Positions 41,357 to 51,220 of a DNA stretch of 64,000 nt are shown one piece after another. The stretch's first letter is position 1, and each line of letters opens with the position of its first letter. The stretch lies in the IMG/VR virus record IMGVR_UViG_3300028549_001560; one strand, written 5' to 3'. The notes under the pieces were generated by a model that searched no databases, was not told where the DNA came from, and saw only the letters and a program-made list of their open reading frames with translations. This stretch comes from a virus. The translations under genes and the position numbers were made by a program.

Positions 41357-41905
41357 TTAGTATGCTGAGTTTGGATTATTCTGCATTATCCCACTATGCC
41401 CGAATGTGGCTAATTTTATTAGCTGATCGTAATACATCGCGGCCATCTGAATATCGGAAGATTCTACCGCATCTCTCAATATGTATTCTACAAACGAGTA
41501 CGTATTTAATCTTTTAGACATTTTTTGTATGTTTGAAAAATCATCGTTTATAGAAGTTAGCATTATCTTGTGATCGTAGAATCTAGTGTAATCACAAAGA
41601 CACCCAACAGCTAAATTACTTATATACTCAGCATTTACGGATATTATACCGTGCGTATTAAAGCTAGCAGTACTTTCAGAGCTTTTTGTAATATCATTTG
41701 CTACATCTATGGACAATAGAAAATAGCTCCCTGTCATTGATATTGTTTTATTGTACACATATGTGTCGGAACTAGTTGCGCTATGTTTAGTTAGATAGAT
41801 TTTAGTTACAGACGACAATGGGTATGTAGATGAATTACTTGTCGAAAAGACTAAATATATTTTTCCTTTATCGTTAGAATAAAACGATTTCTCTATTGTT
41901 ATCAT
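41357..41905 (-). CDS. Hypothetical structural-module protein (182 aa)
   Basis: ORF that starts just downstream of the terminator at 41917-41947. Confidence 0.55.
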   Translation of the reverse strand: MITIEKSFYSNDKGKIYLVFSTSNSSTYPLSSVTKIYLTKHSATSSDTYVYNKTISMTGSYFLLSIDVANDITKSSESTASFNTHGIISVNAEYISNLAVGCLCDYTRFYDHKIMLTSINDDFSNIQKMSKRLNTYSFVEYILRDAVESSDIQMAAMYYDQLIKLATFGHSGIMQNNPNSAY

Positions 41906-41916
41906 TTTGTATATAT

Positions 41917-41947
41917 AAAAAAAGGGGAGGCTTTTACACCGCCCCTT
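41917..41947 (-). terminator. Rho-independent terminator after the 315-aa gene
   Basis: Minus-strand RNA GGGGCGGUGUAAAAGCCUCCCC followed by U7. Confidence 0.65.
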
Positions 41948-41965
41948 AATTATTTAATAGGTAAA

Positions 41966-42913
41966 TTACAATCCAGCCCAAGCTGCGATAGCATCGCGCA
42001 TAGCCTCTAGACCTTGACCAGCAGTAGCATAAACTTCAGCAGCAAAGTCAGTTGATTTAATATATTGATTATCTGGACTTTGATATTCGTTCGAGAACTC
42101 CAATACTAGAGAGTCGTAAGTAGAACTTAATACTACATTCAATTCTGGTTTAATAACCGGCCATTCTGTGCGATATGTGATTCCTTTATATCCTAAAGCA
42201 GCTTGTTCTCTATCTCTAACGATAAATGGATTGCCTTTTCCTGGATTTGATTCAGTTAGTGCAATTGTCAATCCAGGAACTGAATTGTATTTATTATTAG
42301 AAATTGAAGTATTATCTGTGTAATATACTACTACTTTCATTTGTACTTGAGAGTATGGAGTAATTGCCTCTTTTGTTGCGATTCCAGCCTCTGGACCATC
42401 AACTGGAAGTGCAGTCAATCTTAATACGTCTCCTGTCTCAGCAGATGCAAGTACTCGTCTACCGCTATGTGCATTTACTTTTGCAACGAATTTAGCGATA
42501 AGAGTTGTAATTGTCTCTCCAGTAGCAGCGGTAACTTCATATGAGTGTGTAAATTGACCTGGATGTTCATATATATCTCTATATATAGCGCGAACAACAT
42601 ATCTTTTACCAGCAGAAACGGTTACTCCAGTCCAGTCGATATTAGCTACTGCTTCTTGTTTTGCAACATAAGCACAACCTCCATCAGCTGTAATGTTTTT
42701 AATTTTACCTTTATTGATAATAGCTGATCTCTTAACTCCAGAAGCACTATTATATGCTATTTGAATAGAATCAATTGTAGACGCAATAGAAGTTGAATAA
42801 TCAATACCTGCACCTGTTTTTGGGTTAAGTAAAAATACTTTTCCAACCGCAGGAGCGGCTCCATCAGCATCAGTTCCTGTAGAAACGAATACTGTATTTG
42901 GTTTTTGTAACAT
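41966..42913 (-). CDS. Probable abundant virion protein (315 aa); auxiliary capsid/decoration candidate
   Basis: Less AT-rich codon usage than neighbours, a ~110-nt structured leader and its own rho-independent terminator. The role is inferred from position three genes after the capsid candidate. Confidence 0.35.
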   Translation of the reverse strand: MLQKPNTVFVSTGTDADGAAPAVGKVFLLNPKTGAGIDYSTSIASTIDSIQIAYNSASGVKRSAIINKGKIKNITADGGCAYVAKQEAVANIDWTGVTVSAGKRYVVRAIYRDIYEHPGQFTHSYEVTAATGETITTLIAKFVAKVNAHSGRRVLASAETGDVLRLTALPVDGPEAGIATKEAITPYSQVQMKVVVYYTDNTSISNNKYNSVPGLTIALTESNPGKGNPFIVRDREQAALGYKGITYRTEWPVIKPELNVVLSSTYDSLVLEFSNEYQSPDNQYIKSTDFAAEVYATAGQGLEAMRDAIAAWAGL

Positions 42914-43023
42914 ATTTATTTTTTTTGTTTGGTTAAACTTGGCCTCAGTTTTTCCTTTTGTCTAGTCATTCTACTTTCGTTTCGATTTCCACGTCTGAGC
43001 TAAACTGAGTATTTTTGTAGATC

Positions 43024-43962
43024 TTATTCTACAAATTGTGATTCCTGGCTATAGGTTTGATACCTTGGCTCGGATATATTTTGAAGTGCTAATCTAACCG
43101 CCAGTACTACCACTTCATCCCATAAATGGTCTGGAACAGCAGTTTCGTGAATTAGCTCTAATTTTGTTTTGTCTATAGGATCAAGTGCTGGTTTATTATA
43201 TTTACATATATAATGAAATCCATCTAGAAATATTCTTGTACCGTTTGGAATTGCATCGGCCTCTTCATACTCTACATAATTATACCAATCCAATTTTTCT
43301 GGCATATGTATATACTCAATAGAATATTTATCTATAAAATACGATCCATCTGTAAACACCTTGATTTTGTTCTCAGATATAACTCTGATTGGCTTTGCCC
43401 TATTCCCATGAAGTCTGTGCTCTGACAATGAATTCTCAAGTTGACTATCTATATTCTCTATCGTTGCCTCAAGTATATTCCCTCTCTTTCTTTTAGGGGT
43501 GCCAGATATTTTAGGCCAACAAGAATCATTTGAATATATATTGACAGTTTCACCGACTAATATCATATAGTCCGATGGGAATTCAAGATCAAGTGATCCC
43601 GGGTAATTTGTTATCTTTCTAAGCAAGCTTAAATCTGAAGCTGTATGCTCAACATCTGATATATAGTAATCTCCATCAGGGCCAAGAATTATATCTTTAA
43701 CATAGTACTTCGTTCCAGATGAGAATATCTTCACAGTGTAGTCATATACCTTTGTTGCCATTCTAAGATCGTCAGTCCTTTTCTGATCCTGCTGAAACCC
43801 TTTTTGATGAGCATTCAATCCAGAATACCTTGTCTTTATCGTTCTAAGTATTGCGGTATTAATCCAATAGTCTATTTCCTCTTCAAGAAAGGATGGGTAT
43901 GCACTAATTGGCGGCTTATCCAATTCTAGCTTGAAATTTCTATGTAACTCTGATAGTGTCAT
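43024..43962 (-). CDS. Hypothetical head-module protein (312 aa)
   Basis: ORF. No motif recognised. Confidence 0.6.
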   Translation of the reverse strand: MTLSELHRNFKLELDKPPISAYPSFLEEEIDYWINTAILRTIKTRYSGLNAHQKGFQQDQKRTDDLRMATKVYDYTVKIFSSGTKYYVKDIILGPDGDYYISDVEHTASDLSLLRKITNYPGSLDLEFPSDYMILVGETVNIYSNDSCWPKISGTPKRKRGNILEATIENIDSQLENSLSEHRLHGNRAKPIRVISENKIKVFTDGSYFIDKYSIEYIHMPEKLDWYNYVEYEEADAIPNGTRIFLDGFHYICKYNKPALDPIDKTKLELIHETAVPDHLWDEVVVLAVRLALQNISEPRYQTYSQESQFVE

Positions 43963-43966
43963 TTAA

Positions 43967-44722
43967 TTATCTTTTACTTTCAATCTCTTCGATTATAGCA
44001 ATCCTAATATCCTGATTTGTTTTACTGTCTAGATGTGCCACGGCATCACTTAGTGATGTACCAATAATATCGGTTCCGTAATAATATACATTTTTATTTT
44101 TTCGTATAATATTTTTTGATATAGCAGCTTCAACCAGTACCTCGGTTGCCTTTGTTTTATTATTAACCCACTTGTCGAAAAATTTATCTGGGTCTTTCTC
44201 TACATTTTCAAATAGTTTGTTTTCAACTAGCTCGTTTGACATTGATTCTGATTTATAACCATACAGTCTCAAGCATTGACGCATTTGATCTAAGTTCATT
44301 TTATCGAACTCTCTAATGGCCTCTCTTCTTCGTTTGTTTATTCTATTTGATTCAGACGCTTCTGATTCTTTGTTTATCAATACGAAGTCAGTCCCTGGTT
44401 TTGTATCATTAAGGCCATTGGCAACTTTCTTGTGATTTGATAAAAATAAATATTGCAGTTCATCCCAAGGCCTACTCGTATCTAATTCTATATCTACGCT
44501 AGACAGTTTGACTGCAAATGTTGCCCAATATTTACTAAATGGAGCAAGCGTTCCTGGCTCTAATCCCAGCGACTTTTCAAGTCTATCAGCATCCTCTTGC
44601 GCTAATCCAGTGTGTGCATTACCAGATCTTGTTAATAGGGGTGATATATAGTCGAACGATCCTTTGTACTTGGTTATACCAGACCATGGATCTTTTTTCT
44701 TATGTTTCAGTGTGAATAACAT
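43967..44722 (-). CDS. Hypothetical head-module protein (251 aa)
   Basis: ORF. No motif recognised. Confidence 0.6.
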   Translation of the reverse strand: MLFTLKHKKKDPWSGITKYKGSFDYISPLLTRSGNAHTGLAQEDADRLEKSLGLEPGTLAPFSKYWATFAVKLSSVDIELDTSRPWDELQYLFLSNHKKVANGLNDTKPGTDFVLINKESEASESNRINKRRREAIREFDKMNLDQMRQCLRLYGYKSESMSNELVENKLFENVEKDPDKFFDKWVNNKTKATEVLVEAAISKNIIRKNKNVYYYGTDIIGTSLSDAVAHLDSKTNQDIRIAIIEEIESKR

Positions 44723-44768
44723 ATAATTTTCATTTACATTAATTGTAAGTATAATTATTTATACTAGT

Positions 44769-44798
44769 TGTGTGTAGCAGAACCAACCACTACACACA
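44769..44798 (-). other. 9-bp-stem hairpin directly after the capsid-candidate stop codon
   Basis: TGTGTGTAG-N12-CTACACACA. In the minus sense the A-run precedes the stem and no U-run follows, so it looks more like a stabiliser/processing hairpin than a classical terminator. Confidence 0.5.
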
Positions 44799-44807
44799 TT
44801 TTTTTTA

Positions 44808-46280
44808 TTAGGCGGCAGTATCCATGATCAACTCACCACAAGAGCGTGGATCGCGAACCATAATACCTACTTCTCCTAAGAAGTGAACAGAGTATCCGTC
44901 TTTTGCATTAGAGCGCAATGTGCTTATTGATTTAGCATATCCAGCGCCAGGAGCTACAGAACCACCAGTATACCATTGAACGAATTCACGTTCTTTACGT
45001 ACAACTTTAACGATGTTAGCCTCACCATCACGAACACCGAAATCAAGGAATGTGAATCTATAAGATTCAAGTGGTTTTCCTGAAATTGGGTGAAGTTTAC
45101 GATTGTGAATTAAATCATCGTATAATGGAAGATGTTTAACTGTAAGCTCAATACCATTGGTCATTCTATAAGTAGTAAATTGACCACCTAGGACTAATTC
45201 TTGACCAGAACCTGTAATAAATTTAGTGTCTACAGTAGTAAATGCTGCTACTTTTTCTTTCAATACTCTATCGAATTCACGCATACCCATCTCGCCTGTG
45301 AATGCAACAAACTTACGTTCGCCAGCTCCAAGCATATTGTATGACATGTCGAATAAGAAATCTTCCAATAAGTCTGCAGTCAACTCGGTATAATAACGAC
45401 GATTAGATGGAGCAATTTGTTGCAACAATCCAGCACCGATATATACAGGTCTACCGTTTGTACCCATCAAGTCAGTTGTGCCGTCTTGATTTGCATTATA
45501 TTTAGAGTATACCAATTGTCTTTCTAGACGTTTGTACCATTCTCTCATAGCTTTCCACTCCTGGAAGTCAGACCAAAGGTATGATGTTTTTCCAGTTTTA
45601 GGATCTTTCAATGAAATTGCCAATACTGTAGAATATGCAGATCCGGTGATGTCGTAAGACAAGCGAACTGTAGTCAAGTGATTGCGCAATTTAACATGAG
45701 TGCTATAGTTGATGATATCAGCTTCTTCTGAGTATTCTTCGTAGGCAGAACCTAAACGAGAAACTTGAGCTCCAGCAGCTAAAAATTCAGCAGGAACATA
45801 AGAAGTTGCTTGTCCATCAGCAATAAAACAGGTGTAAACCCATTCATTACCATCTTGGTATGGGGCGCCAGATACGCGTAATTGATATTCTTTGTCATCT
45901 AATTCGATGATAGCACCTGGTCCAAACCATTTATCTTCAACCCATAGTTGAATTGGCGAATTACCAATACCAGCTTTATTTGAAGAGTCATTTGGTGTAG
46001 CACCATTTGCTTTTGCAGATCTAATTGTCACTGCGCGATCAGAGTCGATCATTACTGACCATCTAAATTCTCTTTGATCAATCATCATTGTTTTGCCCAT
46101 ACCTCCAGTCAAGAAGTCAAGCATAGAACCTTGATCTTTCGCACCGAATACGTAAGATACTACACTCGCTACTTCGTGAGGTTTTGTTAACAATGCATTA
46201 GATAGCATGTTTTCGTCAACCAAGTCACTAAATCTTTTTCCGCGGTATAGTTGCAGGTTGTTTAAAATTCCGTTTTCCAT
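44808..46280 (-). CDS. Major capsid protein candidate (490 aa)
   Basis: Follows the portal and the acidic scaffold-like gene. Size fits HK97-fold capsid proteins of crAss-like phages. Less AT-rich codon usage. Followed by a 9-bp-stem hairpin. No motif-level proof. Confidence 0.55.
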   Translation of the reverse strand: MENGILNNLQLYRGKRFSDLVDENMLSNALLTKPHEVASVVSYVFGAKDQGSMLDFLTGGMGKTMMIDQREFRWSVMIDSDRAVTIRSAKANGATPNDSSNKAGIGNSPIQLWVEDKWFGPGAIIELDDKEYQLRVSGAPYQDGNEWVYTCFIADGQATSYVPAEFLAAGAQVSRLGSAYEEYSEEADIINYSTHVKLRNHLTTVRLSYDITGSAYSTVLAISLKDPKTGKTSYLWSDFQEWKAMREWYKRLERQLVYSKYNANQDGTTDLMGTNGRPVYIGAGLLQQIAPSNRRYYTELTADLLEDFLFDMSYNMLGAGERKFVAFTGEMGMREFDRVLKEKVAAFTTVDTKFITGSGQELVLGGQFTTYRMTNGIELTVKHLPLYDDLIHNRKLHPISGKPLESYRFTFLDFGVRDGEANIVKVVRKEREFVQWYTGGSVAPGAGYAKSISTLRSNAKDGYSVHFLGEVGIMVRDPRSCGELIMDTAA

Positions 46281-46304
46281 ATATAAAATTAAGTCTTATT
46301 TTTT

Positions 46305-47420
46305 TTATTTGGGTCTATTTAAAAGTTGTTTTGAGGCTATAGACCATAGTGGTGATGGCGATCCAGTACCGATAGATTGTTTCGATCCGCCAACTTTATT
46401 AGATGTTAGCGATCTCCTAAGCCTATCCACAGAAGACGTCTCTCCAGCTCTTTTAGCGCTGTCGATTAATTTATCGCCCTTCATTGTAAAATATGCAGAC
46501 TCTATTAAGTTCTTAGTTGACTTAGAATAGTCTTTCTGATATCTAGTTTTCCCATCTGATTCTACTTTAAAAAGATATTCCATTAAATGTTTCTTATCTT
46601 CTTTCGGAACCTTAATCCCTCGTATATCTGATAACGCCTCTATTTCATTGACAACGTTCGAGTAAAACTTTTGTTGGGCCTCTATGTCCGCTGTATTCTT
46701 TATTTTCTGCTGCTCCAATAGCTCTTTGCGCCTTTCTTCTTTTATCTCGATAAGTGAATCTATAGCATCAGAGGCTTCATCTTCAAGAATATCTGCATCT
46801 TCGTATTTATCTATTTTTCTTTTTATTTGTGAGTCAGAGAAGCCTTTTTCTTTTAAGAATTCAGACAGAACCAGTCTTTGGTTTTCCACCTTATCTAAAT
46901 CTATCTCATTGTAATCTACTTCTCCAGCAGCTACAGACATATAGTCAGATAGTTTTCCTCCATTCCTAACGAACTCATCAATGGCTGCAACTTCATCATT
47001 AGCATATGATGGTTTAGAGCTCTCTTCTACAGCCTCCTTCATGTATTCTATTAACCCCTCTAATGATTTTGGTTTTTCTTCATCATCTACTGATCCCCAT
47101 CCAATTTTCTCAGATAGTGCATCAAATAGGGCTGATACCTGCTCCACTTCTGCATCATCGATATCTGCAGCATCATCAGTATCGTCGTCATTAACATCTG
47201 CTTTTGATTTCTTATCATCATCAATATCATCATCAGTTAAATCTGGCGTGATATCATCATCAATATCATCGTCATCCATATTGATTGGCTCGGTATCTCT
47301 ACTGTCAGGGTCGTTTGGATCTGTGATGATTTCAACGCCTTTCATTTCTTTTAGAGGCTCATTCAATCCCATTTCATCAAATAGTGCAGAGAATCCTCCT
47401 AATGTATTATTATTTTTCAT
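46305..47420 (-). CDS. Acidic scaffold-like protein (371 aa)
   Basis: Extremely Asp-rich N-terminal third (DDDDIDDDITPDLTDDDIDDDKK...) then a helical Lys/Glu-rich part. Located immediately upstream of the capsid candidate. Confidence 0.35.
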   Translation of the reverse strand: MKNNNTLGGFSALFDEMGLNEPLKEMKGVEIITDPNDPDSRDTEPINMDDDDIDDDITPDLTDDDIDDDKKSKADVNDDDTDDAADIDDAEVEQVSALFDALSEKIGWGSVDDEEKPKSLEGLIEYMKEAVEESSKPSYANDEVAAIDEFVRNGGKLSDYMSVAAGEVDYNEIDLDKVENQRLVLSEFLKEKGFSDSQIKRKIDKYEDADILEDEASDAIDSLIEIKEERRKELLEQQKIKNTADIEAQQKFYSNVVNEIEALSDIRGIKVPKEDKKHLMEYLFKVESDGKTRYQKDYSKSTKNLIESAYFTMKGDKLIDSAKRAGETSSVDRLRRSLTSNKVGGSKQSIGTGSPSPLWSIASKQLLNRPK

Positions 47421-47578
47421 AATTATATTATTATAATTGTAGTTTGTTTTGTATGTTGTGTTATAGCCAATAGAATCGATGTAGAGGCTATTTTAAAGCC
47501 CTCTAAGGCATTATCTTTTATTAATGATACATTTATATCAATTAAGATTAAAGTGCCTTAGAATGGCTTATAATTAGT

Positions 47579-47782
47579 TTATTTAGTTCTGTTTGATTTG
47601 ATCTTATTATAGTCGGCAAACATATCCTTGTGCTCTTTGTATGCCACCGGGCATCCAACACAGTCTATATATGAAATCATCAACATTGGAGTACCTCCAT
47701 TCTTTGCGCTATTCTTTGTGATCTTAGTTACATTATCTAAATTGACGAGAGTTCCTTCTGATAGTTCTATAAAATTGCTCAT
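47579..47782 (-). CDS. Small hypothetical protein (67 aa)
   Basis: ATGA start/stop overlap with the portal gene. Confidence 0.5.
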   Translation of the reverse strand: MSNFIELSEGTLVNLDNVTKITKNSAKNGGTPMLMISYIDCVGCPVAYKEHKDMFADYNKIKSNRTK

Positions 47783-50316
47783 TATACCCCTGCGCTTGTT
47801 TTATTTTTTAATGCTGTTTTTGCCTTTAATTTCTCTCTACTCATTGCTGCTTCATCTTTCATCTTCTGCAACTTCTCTTGGGCTTTAATTTTATCCCTTT
47901 CTAGATTGATTCGTTTATCTTCTATTTCTTTTTGAGCATCAATCTTCTTCCCCTCCATTTTCATTTTTATATCAGAGTCCCTTTGTTTTTGCATAGCTTG
48001 TACTTGCTTATCAAATGCATCGGATTCTAATTGATTTCTTCTTAGAGATAGATCTGCTATTTCCATTGGGTCAGGAATTCCATTGCTGTTTTGATCCATG
48101 TCTTGAGCGCCCCTGTAAGCTTGTAGTTCAGCGACCGCTATTCGAGTTTGATTATCCATGTCGATCTTATACTTATCGAGATCCATCTCTGCTTGCTTAA
48201 GCTGCAGTTCTTGTTGTTTGACTTCATTCTGCATCTGTATAAGTTGAGCTTGACGTTGATTATCAGCTTCAGCAGCAGCTTGTTGTTGTTCTGCTCGCAT
48301 TTTCTCTATTTCAGACAGTTTTGATTTTATCTCTGTTATACTATCCTTAGTCATTATCTCTGCGATATCAAGAAGTCCTGCTCCATTTTGCATAGCTGGT
48401 TGATATAGAGATTTTATAGACTCTAGCATCTGTAATTCCCTAGAAGAGTCTGTAGTAAATATATCATGATCCTCATATAAGAATCCTTCTGATAGTTTTA
48501 GAAATGCTCTTGTAGCGTCATTCAGTAGATATTGCAGGTGTGTCCTTCCAGAGTTAGCCCAAGCCGCTTTTGCCGTATTAAGAAGCATTTTAAGTGTATT
48601 CTTCTTGCATTGATTATGCAACCATACGATTGGCTCAGTCACTAATGATGACTGAATCACCGATCGCTCGACAGCTCCAACTAATTCTCTATTCGATATA
48701 GATCCTTGTCTTTGTCTATTCACACCAGATAACTCGCCAGCCATATCTTCTATCTTAGATAATATATCTATATATTGCCCAATCACATTAGCCATAGTAA
48801 GGTCTAATGCTGCTATCTGATTAAACTGACTGCTCTTTCCTCCTTCTCTTCCTGGAATATCCCAGCCTTCTTCGTATGGATTGATGAAATTGACTCCAAT
48901 AGAAGACAAATAATGCATCCATTTTGCTGGATCTATATTCATTGATTTTGGTATCTGAGTTATATCCATCGTTATGACTTTGCCCTTGTCTCTAGCTAGC
49001 GCTAATTCAAGTCTATACCATATAATGATGTACATATACTGGAGTGGTTTTAATATAGATACAAGCGACTTCGATGGTGAGTTTGAGTTATTATATATGA
49101 CCCCAGTGTAAGGAAGTTTTTGCGAATTAATTTCATCTGCAGATATATATTGATAATCAAGTGGTTGACACCCAACATAAAGATCATCTCCTATTCTATA
49201 TCCCTCCCACACTTCTATGGCCCATTTCCATTCTATTGATAGTTCATTTCCTATCGGCATATAATCTTCAGATACCCTAATGCTTTGCACTTGCCCAGAC
49301 TCGTCTTCTATAGTTACAAACCCGATCTTTACAAACGACTTCCATGTTGCATGCCATAGATTCAATACTGTAGAGTTATTTATATCATCATTGCCGAGTC
49401 CAGCAACTGTCTTCATTTTTGTATGCATATAATCCATACCTGATGGAAGTTGAGCTCCATATTTATTTGAGCTAGTACCTTCTCCTACCATCTCTAGTAG
49501 TTCGTTCAGATCATCATCTGTCATCTTATCATACAGTCTATCATATATTTCAGTATATGACATTCGCATCTTTCTTACAGCCCAGTCTCCATCTTCTATA
49601 AACTCTAAGTCCGGAGAACTGTCATTCGCAAAATACATTGGATTGACTTTTTCTAGGCTAGGCTCTCCATTTAATATACCATTATAGTATACTTCTTTCC
49701 CTGCTATTAAAGCATCTTTGAACCCGGATGAAAATTTATGATTTAAATCAAGTTTCTCTTTCAGATAGTTAAGCGAGTGATATGCTGTAGATTCAGATAG
49801 ATCCTTGTAGTCTTTTGACATAAAATCTCCAAGACTTTCTGGTGGTGCTATTTCTCCCGATGCTAGTCTTTCTTCATATAATGCGGCTTCTCCCTCATCC
49901 ATAGATGCCGTGATCTCTTGCATCAGATAATCATATACCATCTGCTTTAATTGCTCTTGAGCTTGTGATGTTGCATCCTGGCTAGTTCTTATGACTCTAA
50001 AATTAAATGGCATCTTAGTCTCTTCTCCTAGTAGTAAGTCTATCTTTGGCTTTATTATGTTAAAGTTTTGTGGAGTAGCTGGAAACCCATCGTCTTGTTT
50101 AAACGGGTCTGTTACGTATTTTAAGTCCTTCTCGCTGAATATACTATTGTATAAGTCATAGTTAACCTTCATCTCTTCATATGGAGACGAGTCTAGACCG
50201 GCCGGGGTAACATCGCCCATTCCTATTATATAGTCTACACATTGTTTTTGCCAGTCCTTTCCTTTTTGTTTGTACGGAAGTTTCTGTATTGGGAATACTG
50301 AGTTTTGATATTTCAT
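47782..50316 (-). CDS. Portal protein candidate (844 aa)
   Basis: Starts 5 nt after the end of terL. Size is typical. Long Gln/Glu/Lys-rich coiled-coil C-terminal tail. Assigned by synteny. Confidence 0.6.
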   Translation of the reverse strand: MKYQNSVFPIQKLPYKQKGKDWQKQCVDYIIGMGDVTPAGLDSSPYEEMKVNYDLYNSIFSEKDLKYVTDPFKQDDGFPATPQNFNIIKPKIDLLLGEETKMPFNFRVIRTSQDATSQAQEQLKQMVYDYLMQEITASMDEGEAALYEERLASGEIAPPESLGDFMSKDYKDLSESTAYHSLNYLKEKLDLNHKFSSGFKDALIAGKEVYYNGILNGEPSLEKVNPMYFANDSSPDLEFIEDGDWAVRKMRMSYTEIYDRLYDKMTDDDLNELLEMVGEGTSSNKYGAQLPSGMDYMHTKMKTVAGLGNDDINNSTVLNLWHATWKSFVKIGFVTIEDESGQVQSIRVSEDYMPIGNELSIEWKWAIEVWEGYRIGDDLYVGCQPLDYQYISADEINSQKLPYTGVIYNNSNSPSKSLVSILKPLQYMYIIIWYRLELALARDKGKVITMDITQIPKSMNIDPAKWMHYLSSIGVNFINPYEEGWDIPGREGGKSSQFNQIAALDLTMANVIGQYIDILSKIEDMAGELSGVNRQRQGSISNRELVGAVERSVIQSSLVTEPIVWLHNQCKKNTLKMLLNTAKAAWANSGRTHLQYLLNDATRAFLKLSEGFLYEDHDIFTTDSSRELQMLESIKSLYQPAMQNGAGLLDIAEIMTKDSITEIKSKLSEIEKMRAEQQQAAAEADNQRQAQLIQMQNEVKQQELQLKQAEMDLDKYKIDMDNQTRIAVAELQAYRGAQDMDQNSNGIPDPMEIADLSLRRNQLESDAFDKQVQAMQKQRDSDIKMKMEGKKIDAQKEIEDKRINLERDKIKAQEKLQKMKDEAAMSREKLKAKTALKNKTSAGV

Positions 50317-50320
50317 GTTG

Positions 50321-50986
50321 TTATAGGTTAAGTAAGCCTCTATCTTGTGATTTTAAACTTGAAGTCTCAGACCAAGAATTAGAGAATAGTGGCTTATCAA
50401 AAAGGTTTTTGTTTCTTATTTCTTGCTCTTTCTTTTTTACATGCAAGTTGTGTAATTGCTCTCTAAATATCATTAAACACTGTAGGGCTCTAACTCTATC
50501 GAAATTACCTTTGTCGTTGTATTGTATTAGTTCTTCTATCAATGGCTCAGACAATATTCTGGTCAGGTTTTTAAATCCAGGAGCATACTCTTCATTCAAC
50601 CACTCTTTAATTAATCCCTCAGAATAATCTATGATCTGAGTAGTCATATGGATGCCTTTTCTCCTCTGTACAGTAGATCTTCCTATGATATCATTTATTA
50701 TATCCGGCTGATCTGCCAGCAAATAGTCTGAATGCTTTTGTGTAAAATATGGAAATATACCCTTTCTTTCGTTCTCGTATAATAATTTAGCGTTATAATA
50801 CAACAATAAACTCCTAACGTTCTCATAGTAGTCTTCAGCTCTATCGGGCCTTCCTGTATACTCTGCCACAATAACGTCATAGTACTCTTCAAAGCTCTGG
50901 AATCTTTTATATATAAATGTTGATCCTAATGAATTAGTTCCAGCCTTATCATGGTCGTCGATTGTGTTATCGATAGGCTTTTTATC
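50321..50986 (-). CDS. terL: Large terminase, 3' exon (C-terminal part of the nuclease domain)
   Basis: The frame of the listed ORF 50321-50869 stays open upstream to 50986. It reads DKKPIDNTIDDHDKAGTNSLGSTFIYKRFQSFEEYYDVIVAEYTGRPDR..., which continues the ...YIAG/CDP nuclease motif of the upstream ORF. The listed M is a GTG inside this frame. Confidence 0.7.
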   Translation of the reverse strand, partial: DKKPIDNTIDDHDKAGTNSLGSTFIYKRFQSFEEYYDVIVAEYTGRPDRAEDYYENVRSLLLYYNAKLLYENERKGIFPYFTQKHSDYLLADQPDIINDIIGRSTVQRRKGIHMTTQIIDYSEGLIKEWLNEEYAPGFKNLTRILSEPLIEELIQYNDKGNFDRVRALQCLMIFREQLHNLHVKKKEQEIRNKNLFDKPLFSNSWSETSSLKSQDRGLLNL

Positions 50987-51220
50987 CTATCTTCTGGGGG
51001 TCACCCCGCATTATAGTATGTTGCTTCATACCCAGTCCAGCGTACATTATCAATATTGATTATTGTTGAGCACTCTTGGCAGAATTATATTTATTCATCT
51101 GCTACGCGTTACGGTGACAATTAGCCTTTCGAAATCTAATTGTTTACCTCGGTGTTTTCTACTAGAGACTTTCACCGATTTTGCTCAATTCTTACGACGT
51201 ATGTCGCACCGCTAAGTTAA
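50987..51220 (-). ncRNA. ORF-less group-I-like intron splitting terL (boundaries +/- ~15 nt)
   Basis: About 230 nt with stops in all frames and visibly less AT-rich, lying between two halves of one conserved TerL motif. Hairpins include GCGAC/GUCGU, UCGGUG/CACCGA, CAAUUAG/CUAAUUG, GCAGA/UCUGC, GGUAUG/CAUACU and GGGG/CCCC. A possible P1 is CCGU|UAACUUA GCGG. The 3' end is ...AGAUAG(G). Confidence 0.55.
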
